Positions 63,601-64,000 of a stretch of 64,000 nucleotides of DNA are shown piece after piece. The notes below the pieces were generated by a model. It was not told the DNA's origin, did not search any database, and saw nothing but the letters and a program-made list of their open reading frames with translations. The position numbers and the translations under genes were made by a program. This DNA comes from an uncultured delta proteobacterium. GTDB taxonomy: Bacteria; Desulfobacterota; Binatia; Bin18. The stretch lies in NCBI GenBank assembly GCA_963733195.1, contig CAVTCR010000081.1:153396-217395 (forward strand), read 5' to 3'. How positions within the stretch are numbered: position 1 is the stretch's first letter; each line of letters begins with the position of its first letter.

Positions 63601-64000
63601 CGCACCGCATCGTCTTCATGCGCCCCGGATAGCCAAAGTACACCAGCACCCCATCCCCCAGATATTGCGCGATATGCCCCTCATAGCGCGCGATGACCTG
63701 TTGACAGGCAGTCTGATACGCCACCACGCGGGCATGATAGTCTTCGGGGTCCAGCTGTTGCGAGAGGGGCGTAGACCCCACCAGGTCAATGAACTCCACC
63801 GTCAACTGACGGCGCTCGCCTTCTGCTCTCGCAGGCACGAGAGGTTGAAGAGAAGCAGTTGAAGACTGCAAGCTGGTTGGCGTCAGCGAGTGGCGTAGCA
63901 CATTTGCCGCAGAACGCAAAGCCGAACGGGTTCTCAAAGCCACACTGCGGACAGCGTGGTGTCAGGGAGGCCGCACACTTGCCACAGAAGTTCATCCCTT
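60683..64000 (-). CDS. Double zinc ribbon - class III cyclase - AAA ATPase - TPR protein (start lies beyond the window; frameshifted)
   Basis: CPQCG..N....[50 protein letters not shown] and [11 protein letters not shown] motifs. Confidence 0.9.

Noticed and set aside
45935-64000. Second att site (duplicated tRNA-Ala 3' end)
   Set aside because: Not found by eye, so the island's right boundary cannot be set

Overview
This 64-kb window comes from a diderm (Gram-negative) bacterium; gene content and style suggest a Deltaproteobacteria-like or Binatota lineage, which is an inference. The assembly has many apparent single-base indels. From left to right it contains: an acyl-CoA catabolic cluster with an embedded DUF4258/YgiT pair; a type II secretion operon (gspE-N); selB and a selenocysteine-containing selD with a SECIS hairpin; a decayed accessory patch (MFS remnants and a serine hydrolase split by IS1380); gspD-gspC on the opposite strand; the lysS-lolCE-lolD-bamA-skp-fabZ-lpxA-lpxI envelope cluster; and a YVTN surface protein. 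After tRNA-Ala(GGC) comes an integrated element (integrase, HTH, SWIM, ArdC, IS5), an FAD oxidoreductase, a riboswitch-preceded multi-Ig surface protein, an F420-type oxidoreductase and tandem cyclase-ATPase-TPR genes. Two signals stand out. First, degenerate 7-bp-period tandem arrays occur at many gene junctions and inside disposable or permissive protein segments (the pseudopilin leaders and one loop of both cyclases). Second, a GEMM-I-type cyclic dinucleotide riboswitch at 51.7 kb carries the cGAMP-type A20 signature, further core substitutions and an overlapping terminator.
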